Shown one piece after another: positions 42,825-55,459 of a DNA stretch of 64,000 bases (positions within the stretch are counted from its first letter, which is position 1; the number at the start of each line of letters is the position of its first letter). Location: assembly GCA_012295275.1 (NCBI GenBank), contig CM022674.1:13640001-13704000 (forward strand), in the 5' to 3' direction. The translations under genes and the position numbers were made by a program. The notes under the pieces are model-generated. The model was not told the DNA's origin. It saw nothing but the letters and a program-made list of their open reading frames with translations, and made no database searches. Origin of the DNA: Chrysomallon squamiferum. Its lineage: Eukaryota; Animalia; Mollusca.

Positions 42825-43093
42825 TTACTTAAGAAATAACTAAGAAAAATTAAACAAACGAATGACAAAAAAATAATAATAATCATAATACCAAAGTGAT
42901 TCTAGTAGTAGTAGTAGTATTAGTGTTACTACTACTACTGCTATTACTACTACTACTAATAATAAAAATAATAATAATAATCACTGCTACTATATCAAAA
43001 TTATCAACAACTTAACCATAACAACATTAACATTAACAACAACAATTTTATTATTCTTATTATTATTCTTATTATTACTATTATTACTATTAC

Positions 43094-43211
<118 letters not shown>

Positions 43212-43259
43212 AACTACAACAACAATAACAACAACAACAAAAATATTATTTCATCACAG

Positions 43260-43447
43260 ATGAAGGTGACGGAGACTTCAACGACGACGACACGTCATCG
43301 AGTAAGAAACAACGTCGTAACAGGACGACGTTTACGGCGGAGCAGCTACGGGAACTGGAGACGGTGTTTCAGCACACCCACTACCCGGACTGCACCCTGA
43401 GAGAGCAGATCGCAGACAAAGTGCAGCTGACAGAAGCTCGAGTTCAG
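43260..43447 (+). CDS. Paired-class homeobox protein, exon 2 (homeodomain residues 1-46)
   Basis: acag| ... [48 protein letters not shown] |gtaaat. An intron between HD positions 46 and 47 is typical of the PRD class. Not present in the ORF track. Confidence 0.95.
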
Positions 43448-44428
43448 GTAAATTATATATGCCGTCGTCGTTGTTGCCGTTGTAACAGAACTCAGTGTCA
43501 GTGTTATTACGAGGTTCAGAAAGAATGAATTTTTATAGACGTAAAGAGTTTTTAGTATCATGTGTTTTGTGGATGTTGACGTTAGTGATGATTTTACTTT
43601 TTTTTTTTTTTTTTTTTTTTTGTCATCGCCATCATCATCATCATAATCATTTAAAAAACGTATAGAAAAAAGCATTTTCTGTGTATTTCTATATATATAT
43701 ATAGTATTGTTAAATGTATATATTATTATTACTATTATTAGTAGTAGCAGTAGTAGTAGTAATAGTAGCAGTAGTAGTAGCAGTAGTAGTAGTAGTACTA
43801 TTATTTTTATTATTATTATTATTACTATTATTATTATTATTATTTTATTATTATTACTATTGTTATTATTATTATTACTATTATTATTATTGTATGAAAT
43901 TTAAATTTATTAATACTAATAATATATATTTTATTTTGTAATGAAAATATATGTTGTAATACGAAAAGAATATTTTAATTTTAAAAACTGACATTTAAAA
44001 CTGAAATTAACAGTAACTAAACTCTATTTCCAACAAAAGAATCACAAGATTAAAACTGAAGAAAATAAGAAGAAAAATAAACCTAAATAATCATATTTTT
44101 GTCCTTTGTGCACATTAAAACAGAACAGCTGAAATTATATTTTGTTAACTATTTGTTTTATTTATTTCAATAAGTTTGACAACAATAACTCTCCAAAAAG
44201 CTTAGAGACTGCCAGTAAATATATTTGTTTTGTAATTTTAAAATAATAATAATAATAATAAGAAGAAGAAGAAGAAGAATAAGAATAAGAATAAGAATAA
44301 GAATAAGAATAAGAATAACAACAACAACAACAATCGTAATAATAATCGGAATAATGACGTCGACAGTCACAGTGGCATTAAGCATTAATAATAATACTGT
44401 CGAGGAGGACAGCATCAACAACAACGAC

Positions 44429-44465
<37 letters not shown>

Positions 44466-44617
44466 GTAATAATAATAATAATAATAGTAATAATAATAAT
44501 AATAATAGTATTAATAATAATAATAGGCAGATAGATTAAGGAAAGTCAAAGTGGAGGTTTTTACTATTACTACTATTACTATTATTTATTTATTTATTTA
44601 CTTATTTATTTATTTAC

Positions 44618-44656
<39 letters not shown>

Positions 44657-45691
44657 CTTATTTGTTTATTTATTTACTTATTTATTTAATTATTTACTTA
44701 CTTATTTATTTATTTATTTATTTATTTATTTCCTTATTTGTTTATTTATTTTTGATTATTATTATTGTTAAATTCTCATTATTGACGACAGTGTTAATTA
44801 TACGACACATTTGTTGGAACGAGAAATGTATCACTCATCGTAATATTTGTTTTAAAAAGAGAATTACTGAATAATAATTAGAAATTCGTAAATGTAGTTC
44901 TCAGAATCATTACTTTTTCTTACATTCAAGAAAAATATACAAATATTACACAGTATCTGTTGTCGTTGAAAATGGTTAATGTTTATTTAACATCTTTAAA
45001 TACTGTAAACAGTAAAAAGTTTCAAATTATTTGTAGCCATAAAAAAGTATAAATATTTCCATAACATATATAGCTTTAGACCAATGGATTGTTAGTTTTA
45101 ATAAAAAGTAAATTATTTTTTAAACATTAATAACAAAATGAAATACAGAAACAAAGGCTGATTTGAATTTATCACTCTTACTCGATTACATATTAGATTT
45201 AGATTTAAAAAAAAATATAGATGTTTATATATCTATGTGCGTGTATGTGTATGTGTGTGTGTGTGTATGTGTGTGTTATCACTTAATCTGAATTATATAT
45301 TATATATTTCATGAAACAAATTTATTCACACCCCCACAGTCTGACTACTAGCTCACACACACACATATTTGAATATTAATGAGATAACTAAAATAATGTG
45401 CATATTTCTTTACTAGCTCAAATGTAACTTGTATGATTTTAATTACAAACTCTGTAACGGAGAAAAACCTGGTTTTCAAAGTGAACGTAGAATAAAAATG
45501 TATATAAAACTTGAGTTACTAAAACTATATAAATCACACAGAAAGAAAAAATAAATGAAAAATAACTAAGCAAACAAATAAATATATTTTGGTTTCTTAA
45601 ACTGCTTAGACGATAATCAGACGAGAGGATGAATACATTTTTTTTCTTCTTATACATAATATATATATAATTAAATCACACACACACACAC

Positions 45692-45723
<32 letters not shown>

Positions 45724-46829
45724 GCAAGCCTCAAAGTTTTCATCCATACCGTCAAATCGTTATCAAAATTTAACGGTTATTGACAATCATTTTTTATATT
45801 TTAGCTATAATTCCTTTACAATATCAGAATTTTACTTGTTTATATTTTTCACTACAAATTCACTTCACTATTTTAACCTTTCTCTGGTGTATTTTTCTAT
45901 CTTCTACAATACTAATATGCTTTAATATTTTAAACACCTTTTAAATAATCTTTGTATCATGAGAGGAGCGATCATTTTATAAAAAGGAAAAGAAAAGTGT
46001 TAGTGACTGTAAAATAGAAATAATTTCGTATTTACATTAGTATATAAAGTTTCTTCATGTTAATTTTAAGTAAATAAATGTAAAATGTGAGAACAAAATG
46101 TTACTAAAGGCTTGTAATTATAGATAAAATGAAAATATTGAGAAATCTGTTGTTTTTACATTGTATATAATTGTTTAAATCGGTAAGAAGAAAACCGAAA
46201 TATTTATATAAAAAATAGACAAATGAGTGAATAAATAAATAAATAAATACATAAATAAATAAATAAATAAATAAATAAATAGATATTTCAGGAGACTGAC
46301 TATCTTTAAATAGAGGTCTACATGAAAATATATCTGGAGAAACAAATTTAAATTATAATTTTATTTTATATGATTACTTTAATGTTCTCAAAAAGAAACA
46401 AACAAAAAAACAATATAAATAAGAAAATAACAGCAAAACATAAATAAATAAATAAGTAAACAGTTTGTCAAATATATTATATTTTATTTTTTTTCGAAGT
46501 ATTCTAATATGTGTGTGTGTGTGTGTGTGTGTGTATACATGTATGTATGTATGTATAATTTCAGTGACAAATGTTTCCCTTCTCTTTATTACATAAAATT
46601 ATATTAATAACCCCCGAAAAAAATAAAATCGGATCAAGAAATCTAAAACAACAGCTTAAAAGATTGCACGAAAGATCATAATTTACAGTTGTATTCTATT
46701 AATGTATTTACCAAGTTTTATGACGCACTGCGCTTCATCGGCTTTCTATGACTTATTATGAAAATCTGCTTAGTTCAACTCGACATAAGTACACGCCTAT
46801 TAACTGTAGCATTTTCTACGTGGTGTATT

Positions 46830-47420
46830 AACTGAGAGGCACACCGGGTGGGCGGGCAGGACGCGCTAGCTGATCCTCGGAATATCCCTCAGTTCGGGTG
46901 TTAATCAAACCCGATTACTCGTCACAGCGGAAACACATAACAACAAAATAGATTTGCAAAAGAGATCAACAAGATTTGCGAACAATAAACTGCGCCCTCT
47001 GGAGAGTTATCCCCTCTTTATTTTAGATACCCACTTACCTGTTCCTAATCCCGTGTAATTAGCGGCTTTGTGAAAGATGGACTCTCGCAAATTGATAGGC
47101 TGACCGCGAGAAAGGGCGAGATCTCGACGGGGGGGGCGCCAGTCCCGCAGTGAATGCAGGACCGGGCTGCCGGGCGGGGGGGCAGGGGGATTACAGCGAG
47201 TCTGTAATTGGTCAGATTGTTTAGTTGAGAGGAATATCTCAAACAGTCAATAGACAAACAATGGACGTGAATTTAATCTTCTTATTGAGTTTGACGAATT
47301 TTTACATTTTATTTACACGTCTGCTGGCCTCGGTGTGGGCTGCGCGACACTTGATTAACCAGATCATGAAAAAGCTTTTCATTCGTCGACCCGAAACTTT
47401 CAAAGACGCCGTATCGCCAA
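46830..47420. promoter_or_regulatory. GC-rich intronic island in homeobox intron 2 (candidate enhancer)
   Basis: High CpG content, clustered TAATCC/TAATTA/GATTA sites, and a G-run cluster at 47128-47189. Confidence 0.45.
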
Positions 47421-49675
47421 TTAAAAACCGAGAAGATTTTGTTTTTATTTTTACTACAAAGCTTTCAGCAGAATTCACAGTGGTTTTAAATGACTGTCGT
47501 TTTCGGTTCATTGCTGATCTTGTTGCTCCTCCATCATTAGCGAAATTTCTATTGTTCGTTTATCATTGATCTGTTTAATATTTTTATGAAGCCTCGAGCA
47601 GTTTTTGTAAATAAGATGAATGGTGCTCCGAAAATATTGGTGTAATTTAACCAGCTGATTTTTTATATTGAATTTTTATAAAGTTAAGAGTTTGATTATT
47701 TATGCAAAAGAAAAATTAATCTAATTAGTAAATCATTTAATTTGCCTCTCTCTCTCTCTCTCTCTCTCTCTCCAATCGTTGTTGCTTTATAATTATGTCT
47801 GATTGTAATATAATGTTAGTAACAAAACAAGTAGTAACAAAATCATTGGTAATAACAGCAGTTTAATAGTAGTAGTAGTAGTATAGTAGTAGTAATAGTA
47901 GTAGTAGTAGTAATAGTAGTAGTAGAAGCAGCAGCAGAAGAAGAAGCAGTAATAGTGGAAGCAGAATCAATAATATTGATAGTAGCAGAAGTAATAGTAA
48001 TTAAAAGTGGTCCAGTGACTCAGCTAAACAATGTTGTCGTAGCTCGCCCTGTATTGAGAAGGTGTGGTCGTAGATCACAGGAATGTTTTAGGACACGTAA
48101 GTCTCAAACTGTGGTTCATTAATTTGCCAGGGCGGATGATAGGAGGGAAGAACAAGAACACATATTTTACAAAACACACATAGCAGTTATTAGTCAGTGG
48201 AGCAAGAAACCATGAATAATCAAATTCTTTTATCAGTGATAAAAATCTGTTTATTAGTCTCTACCAGGAACACATTAGCGATTTTTTCTATAATAATAAT
48301 CATAATAAAACAAACAAATAAAAAGATACATTTTTTTAAAAATGATTACCTAAGGCAGCCATTTTTGAAAATGTAGTAAATGTAACAGAAATAGTAGAAG
48401 CAGTTGTAATACTTAAGTAATAACAGTAATAGTTACTGGTTGTGCTATAAGCAGTAGTGGTAGCAGTACTAGTTCTTATAGTCGTAGTATAGTAGTGGTA
48501 GTAGTAGTAGTTGTTGTAGCAGAAGTAGCTGTGGTATTAATAGCGATGGTAGTAATGATGAAGCATGATCAATAGCAGTAGCAGGAATTTACCGGCAAAG
48601 AATGCAATATAAAACTTGATCTACATCTACTGTATTGTTCTGTTTTTGTGCTCTGTCTGTTGATGCTGCTGCTGATGATGACGATAATGATGACAACGTC
48701 GGCGGCGTCGAGTGCGTTTAAAAGTCTTGCGGTTTTCTTTAAAGGTATCACAGCAGTCGTGTGGAGCGAGGTGAAATAATTTCGGGGTACCTAATTTTAC
48801 GGCAATTATTCGACACCACGGGGTACCAGCGGGGTATGTTTAAATGTCTCAATAGAAGGTCGGCGTACAAAGGGTTAAGCTGAAAATAACGATGTATTAC
48901 TGATCAGATCAACCTGGGTGGCTGGCGTGTTTGTCTCACCATCCATACAGCATCGCCTTGAAGTTACAGAACACAAGCTTACATACCTACATACGTACAC
49001 ACACACACATATATACATACACATATGTGAATGCATATATTAAGTATATCTGTAAAGGATATTTGTGTGTTAGTGCAAGAAGTCGATATATTATTATACA
49101 TTCGATTTAATAAGTATCTGGATAACATATATGAGTAGTCTGATTATATAGTTAAAGTAACAGTAATGGATTCATTTATGTAGCGTAGTTGTAACAAGAA
49201 AGTACTAATGTATGACGTCTGATATTTTGTTTATTTAATTCATTTTATTAAGTATTACGGTTGTCTTATTTTTTTATTTTGTAACCGCATTTCTTTCTCA
49301 TATTCGTATAATAATAGTCATAATAATAATAATAATAATAATAAATTCACAAAATTATTTAATATCGGACGTTTCTGTATATTATATATATACAGATAGA
49401 TATAGATATAGATATATACACACATACACACATACACTCACATATATGAAACGTCAGGAGATAAAATTTTCTGAAATGCAACCTACAGGAATCTTTTGCA
49501 TGTTGCTTTCGTTTCTTTTTATATTTATTATTATCTAGAATTAATTATTATCAATGAAATACAACGATTTCGAGGAAGTCTATACAAATGTATGAGTAAC
49601 GGTTATTCATAACACTACAGGTAAATTTTAAATTTAGACATACATGTAATATTATGTTTAATTTTGTTTTCAAAG

Positions 49676-49925
49676 GTTTGGTTCCAAAACAGACGAGCAA
49701 AATGGCGGAAACAGGAAAAGACCATGGTGCGCATGATCGACGTGTGGAGACAACGTAGTGATTCCGTCCCAGCATTCATGTCACATCCGTTTGGATTACT
49801 TCCGCCTCATCTTCCGGCGATGAGGTCACCTCTCTTTCCATGGATGCCGCGCTACTCGTTGTCATTCCCTCCGTTTTTACCTGTTCCAACCTTGACTTCA
49901 GACAACTCACAGCCAGTGTTTAAAG
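49676..49925 (+). CDS. Paired-class homeobox protein, exon 3 (VWFQNRRAKWRKQE plus Pro-rich region)
   Basis: ttttcaaag|GTT TGG TTC CAA AAC, phase 0. Donor AAAG|gtgtgc at 49925; without splicing the frame stops at 49945. Confidence 0.92.
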
Positions 49926-50041
49926 GTGTGCAGCCTGATAATTAGAATTTATTTCAATACAAATACACCATTATTAATGTTGACTGACACGCTAATATTG
50001 AAAATTTAGTGCTCATTTCTATTTATTTATTTATTTATGTG

Positions 50042-50092
<51 letters not shown>

Positions 50093-50558
50093 TTTTTGTA
50101 TACATTTATCTAGGTATATCTATCTATCTGTATGTTTGTTTATTTGTTGTTTATTCCTTTATTCCTTTATTTTTTCATTTCTATTATTTTTATTTATTAT
50201 TACTACATTTATTTTATTATTTAAAGCAAATAAAATGTTTATGTTTTAATATAATCTATGTATTCATTTGTTACTTCTTTCCTTTTTATCAGATGTTTAA
50301 TAACGTATAAACTTTATTTATTTATTTGTTTACTTGCTTTGCTTTCATTTGTTTATTCTTTTATCCATTTTTAAAATAAATATTTATTTTTAATTATTTA
50401 TTTATTCATACGTTTATTTAATTGTTTATAGCAAATATTTATTTTTGACTTATTTTATTTTATTTATTTATTTTTTTTGTTTTAACTTATTTTATTTTAT
50501 TTTATTTTATTTATTGTTACTTACTTTCTTTCTTTCTTTTCTTTTTGTTAAAATGCAT

Positions 50559-50593
<35 letters not shown>

Positions 50594-50600
50594 TTTTCAG

Positions 50601-50788
50601 TTGACCTGGATCTCCGACCTCCAGCATCATCGACAGACAAATCATCCCCGAGATCTTACGAGACTTACGCACGAGATTATCTTTTACGCTTGTCCAATGA
50701 ACGTCAAACGAGAACAGAACGCAATAGTGACTCTAGTGACGTCAGAACAGACAGGAGTCCCGAACCGTCTAGTTCTGTGAAACATTAA
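50601..50788 (+). CDS. Paired-class homeobox protein, exon 4 (VDLDLRPPASSTDKSSPRSYE...SVKH*), total 265 aa
   Basis: ttattttcag| acceptor, phase-1 compatible, open to TAA at 50786-50788, GC-richer than flanks. Confidence 0.7.
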
Positions 50789-51012
50789 TGTTATATATGT
50801 ATAGCTATAGGAAGAAATATTATTGTTTTATTTGTAAATACTTGAAAGAGAGATCAAAGTAAAACTACAGCAATCGCCTAGCAATAATTGTAAATACTAT
50901 GACGTAATACTGTTTTGACGTCATATATTGTTAACGTGTTTGTTTCTATGCATACGCAATTTTTAAATTATAATAATAATAATAATAATAATTATTATTT
51001 TTTAAATTATAA

Positions 51013-51044
<32 letters not shown>

Positions 51045-51367
51045 GACATATATGTAAAAATGGAAAAAGACAATTGTGAATAAGTTTGGTATGACATAAT
51101 GAAAGAATGACTTAATAGGGCAAAAAGAATACGTAATAGAAATTAAGATTTATTGTTTCTACTAAGTTGAGATTTGTAACGCAGAAAAAAAAGAATGAAA
51201 AAAACATCATAATTGTTTTTTCAGTAGTTTACAAATTAAAAAAAAAATATATATATTATAAAGCAATTAAAAAACAATTTAGCTTATATTATTTTTTTTC
51301 TTCTAAAAACGGAAGCTAAATGTACTTTTCTTTTGCATATATATTCTTATTTTTATAATTTTTAATT

Positions 51368-51429
<62 letters not shown>

Positions 51430-52055
51430 TGACACGAATAAGCATAAGTCGACAAATATGTCGAAAGATAGATATATTTATTTTTGAAATATTAAATATT
51501 AATGATGCCCAAATCATTCCCTTAGTCTTTTAAATTCATAATCACAGCATGAGGAAAAATGGTTATTTTTTATTTAAAGAAAATGTAAAAAATGAATGGA
51601 CCATATCCATTTCCCGAAACAAAAATTAATATTATTTTTAAAATTCAAGATAAATGAATAAGTAGAAATATATACATTATGCAGAAATTTCGCCCAAAAA
51701 GGAAATAACAAACAAATATTTTGTAAGATTGAAATTTTAAAATTAAAATTTTAAGATTAAGAATAAAGATTTATTATAAAAAATAAGAAAAAAGATAAAA
51801 TTCAAATATTTAAAATCGAAAGAAAGAAGAAATGTTATATTAGCTGGTGGATTTGATATAATAAATTACGCACTATTAACCATTTTTTTTTTTTTATTTG
51901 TTGAGAGAATTTTCTGGGTTTATATGTATATGTGTGTATATATATATATACTCAGGTTGTTATTTATCTTTTGTTTTATATATGACATGTATTTTGAAAA
52001 ATAAAACTTTATTGTATACTCGAGTTTTCTTTACTATTCTTTATAATAATAACAA

Positions 52056-52097
<42 letters not shown>

Positions 52098-52117
52098 ATG
52101 AATGACGTAATTTAAAA

Positions 52118-52182
52118 AATAAAACTGCATGGCTATATAAAACACAAGTAGAGATTTGATTTAAAAGTGACATTTATTTATT
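52118..52182. terminator. Candidate facing poly(A) signals of the convergent homeobox and TMEM26 genes
   Basis: AATAAA on + at 52118-52123; AATAAA on - at 52173-52178 and 52177-52182. Confidence 0.3.
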
Positions 52183-53389
52183 GGCACATACACTATCTGA
52201 ACATAGGCCAAACACCAAAATACTTTTAAGACTTTTCCCCACATTTTCCAAATACAAATATTAATATTAGCAATTCAGTACCATTCAGTAATATCAACTA
52301 AATTTGTGTTATTATTCAAATCTGTGACTAAAGTCAAGTTAATAATGTTTAATATAACAACACTATGTTTAAATGTGAAAATCCACAAAAAAACAACTAA
52401 AATAGCAAAAGATATTTGAAACAGAAAGAAATACATGAATATATGAATATATATGAAGTTACGTCATTTGCGATTAAATGCATACTATTCCAGTAACAAA
52501 ACTAAATTTTAAAACAGTAATTAAAACAATGACCATTAACAAGAAAATCGATACTAAAATGAATCAGTAAATAAAAATAATTACAGCAAAACTAATTATT
52601 TTCAAAGAGAGAAGAATTCGGATAAAGGGAGGTAAACAACTTGTCTCGATTTTGATAAAGTTCTGCGTTTAGAACTGATGCAACTAATTCGAACGACAAA
52701 TACTTTCGTAACAACACAAACACACAAAATCGTACCCTTTACTCTAAACTTTTTGGTCTACCTATGTTATCTAGAACATAACAGTCTAAATGTTTTACTG
52801 ATGATAAAAGCAAGCATCCAGAAGTGAATAGACGATTGGCAAAGAGCAACATTTATCAGTGTGCCAGATTCTTTTCAAATTTTCTATAAAAATTGTGACA
52901 TAATAGTACGCAATAAAAATAATATAATAAGCTCTAAAAATCTGCATTAAATTTCATATTGTCATCCTTTATTATTACAATATGATTTTCTGCAAAAATA
53001 AACAAAACGATCACCTCAAAGTGCCTGTACATAAAATGTAATTAGGCTATTTTCCCACAGGTAGGATTATATGTAAACAAAAAAATTAAATTCATAAACT
53101 CTCAAGTACAGATTTACAGAATAATTTGATACCACAGTTACACAAATATACCGTAAATATTATCGAGCCGATACCTCTGAATTTTAATCACCAAAAACCA
53201 AATACAGTTCATCACATCAACAAATATCAGTTAAATATATTTTATTCTAACTAATGACACTGCAGTACTAACGTCCATATTGTACTAACAACATTTGTAC
53301 TGTCATTCCTGATCCTTTTCGTCTTTGCTGAATATTATCATATCTTGAGAAAATGTACAAGAGTGGAAATACCTATACTGCGACAATAA

Positions 53390-53810
53390 CTGTAGACTCA
53401 AATCCAATTTAAGACTTTAAACTCAAATTCAAAACTGACTTCGAATAAAGCTAATTTCAGAGGCCAACTCGCTAAATGCAAAACAGACTCAAAAATCGTT
53501 ATGCATAAAAAACAGTCTCAAAGCCAAATTTCAAGCATGAACACTGACTCAAAATTAAGTCAGTGAGTATAACCTCAGAGCCAACTCACTGACTACAAAA
53601 CTATGACTCAAAATAAACTCACCGAGTATCTCAAACCCAAATCATTGAGAATAATCCTAATATCGAATTCTCATTATACACTTTGACTCAGGTGACATTG
53701 TACAAGCTCAAACTGAAAATTCATTGGGTCTTTATTTAGCAACAATGCCAAAATCATTGAGTACAAAAACTCAAAACGTAAACACTGCGTCTACTTTGAG
53801 ACCAGAAACT
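53390..53810. repeat. Degenerate ~28-bp minisatellite in the TMEM26 3' UTR
   Basis: Recurrent gactcaaaa, gccaactc and cattgag motifs starting just after the stop of the tail ORF. Confidence 0.6.
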
Positions 53811-53820
53811 CTAATTTCCT

Positions 53821-54462
53821 CTACCCTCCAGTATCCTCTAGCTCAGAAGATTTCCGTTTTTTCTTCTTTTTCTCGTGCGTGTCAATTCCGCCGCCATCTT
53901 CGTCTGGAGCATTCAGCACAATCGACTTGTATTTCCCCGTTTCGTTGATAAACGCGATAGCAGACGCCAACTTCTTGGCTTCCTTCCAGTTCTGTTCCGC
54001 GGTTTTCTTCTTTACCTTCTTCTTCTTTCCTTTCGACTTCCCCTTCCCTTTTCCAGTTCGTTCTTCTTTGCAGCAGTTTGCAGTTTTGACTTCTAATGCA
54101 GCGTTTCTAGGTTTTAGATCAAAGTCGTCGATATCGCGGTCGCCATGTTTTATGACGTCATCGGGAAATGCACGTTTCCCATCAGCCCGTTCGACGTGTG
54201 TGCTCGTGCTGCACGACTGGTGTGCGTCTGTGAGTGATAACACGCAGTTATCAAGCACTTTCTGAATGTCAATCATATCAGCGTCAACATCGCAAAACGT
54301 TTTGACTGATCCCGACGATAGTGACTTCCCACAATTCATTTCTATATCCGGACTCGGAAGTGACGTAGATGTTACAGATTCTTGTCTCCTTAGGGAAGAG
54401 TTCTTTCCGTCGATGGACGACGACCTGCCCTTGTCAAACACCAACATTTTCGCCCCGTTTTC
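53821..54462 (-). CDS. TMEM26: Probable frameshifted C-terminal tail of TMEM26 (~210 aa, Ser/Lys-rich)
   Basis: A 208-aa ORF with coding-like composition overlaps the end of the TMEM26 frame. Adding one base in GAGAAAACGGGG fuses the two (...SDEKNGAKMLVFDKGR...). Confidence 0.65.
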   Translation of the reverse strand, partial: ENGAKMLVFDKGRSSSIDGKNSSLRRQESVTSTSLPSPDIEMNCGKSLSSGSVKTFCDVDADMIDIQKVLDNCVLSLTDAHQSCSTSTHVERADGKRAFPDDVIKHGDRDIDDFDLKPRNAALEVKTANCCKEERTGKGKGKSKGKKKKVKKKTAEQNWKEAKKLASAIAFINETGKYKSIVLNAPDEDGGGIDTHEKKKKKRKSSELEDTGG

Positions 54463-54878
54463 TCATCCGATATCAGTTTGACGCTTTTGTCAAAATCTTC
54501 GGCTATTATTACCTCGGCTGCGTCCGGTTTTTGACAAAACAAAATAATGAGTCGATAGAACTGAAGTGTAATAACCAGACTGTTCTTCAGCGTGAAGAAG
54601 AGATTTGTGTAACTCAGAACACGGTATCGGAAAATCAGCATCATGCGCAGAACGAGAAACGGTCCGTCCTGGAGCAGGACGCTTACGAGAATTGACAGAG
54701 CTTCAGTCGGGCAACATCGTCTTTTTCCGGAAGACCGAGTAGAGGCGGAACTTCTCGATTGAAGCAGAACGGGTCTCGTGGTTTTCGACTTCGTGGCTGT
54801 CAGGACGAAAGTGAATTGTAGAAGACTTGCCGTCCATAGCGACATGATAATTAGAGTGAGAATTCTGTTGTTTTTTAC
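54390..54878 (-). CDS. TMEM26: Transmembrane protein 26, last coding exon as literally read (350-aa protein)
   Basis: ctccag|VKNNRILTLIIMSLWTASLLQF...LQDGPFLVLRMMLIFRY...FFTLKNSLVITLQFYRL; hallmark QDGPFL and KN.LV..LQ.YRL. Confidence 0.9.
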   Translation of the reverse strand, partial: VKNNRILTLIIMSLWTASLLQFTFVLTATKSKTTRPVLLQSRSSASTRSSGKRRCCPTEALSILVSVLLQDGPFLVLRMMLIFRYRVLSYTNLFFTLKNSLVITLQFYRLIILFCQKPDAAEVIIAEDFDKSVKLISDEKTGRKCWCLTRAGRRPSTERTLP

Positions 54879-55241
54879 CTGGAGAAAAAAATTAATTAAT
54901 TAACTAATTAATTAATTAAATAATGTTTTCTATAATAATGTAACTTCTAATGAACTTACTATAGCAATAAACAAAACAAATTTAAACTTAAGAAAAAAAA
55001 GAAGAAAAAAAGCACCAGCGATAGTATTAAATTTTACTTTAAATAAACTGATTAAAGTGGATCTCACAATTCGGCAAATTTCTTGTTACATACATATTTT
55101 ATATTTTACAAACAAACAAGCAAACAAATAAAGAAAGAAAGAAAGAAATAAGTTGAAAGAAAGAAATAAATAAAAAGAAAAGAAAGCCAAAAACAAAAAG
55201 TAAGAAAAAATCCAAATATGAGGGAAAGTGAAAACTTGAAC

Positions 55242-55439
55242 CTTTTTCTCTTTGAATGCTTCAAACAGCTCAATGATATCAGCCGCCATTCCAATATACA
55301 CGAGCAGTAACTGCGACAATTGCTCTCGAGTTATCTCCCCTTTTGGCAGCAGCCATCTTCCGATAATGAGAATCAACAACAACATCTGTTCCAGAATTTT
55401 ACACCAGTCATCTTCTTTCAGAAAAATAGGAATCTTTAT
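55242..55439 (-). CDS. TMEM26: Transmembrane protein 26, coding exon 3
   Basis: ttacag|IKIPIFLKEDDWCKILEQMLLLILIIGRWLLPKGEITREQLSQLLLVYIGMAADIIELFEAFKEKK|gttcaa; hallmark GRWLLP..ITRxQLSQLLL..AADI. Confidence 0.93.
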
Positions 55440-55459
55440 CTGTAAGTTAATAATAATAA

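Noticed and set aside
48700-48775. miR-2-like sequence TATCACAGCAGTCGTGTGGAGC
   Set aside because: It shares the seed region, but the upstream sequence pairs poorly, so there is no convincing pre-miRNA hairpin.
48780-48880. piggyBac-like end (AAGGGTTAA) with repeated GGGGTACC
   Set aside because: No matching left TTAACCCT terminus was found nearby.
49540-49626. Possible extra cassette exon before homeobox exon 3 (ACAG|gtaaat at 49620)
   Set aside because: It would interrupt the homeodomain and leave only a 55-nt intron; no other support.
53051-53066. AG|GT recursive-splice-like site tttcccacag|gtagga (also a 39-nt GT-AG pair at 57452-57490)
   Set aside because: Both are on the strand opposite TMEM26 and outside any supported + strand intron, so probably chance.
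53724-54695. Several + strand ORFs over the TMEM26 last exon
   Set aside because: Antisense shadows of the TMEM26 coding sequence.
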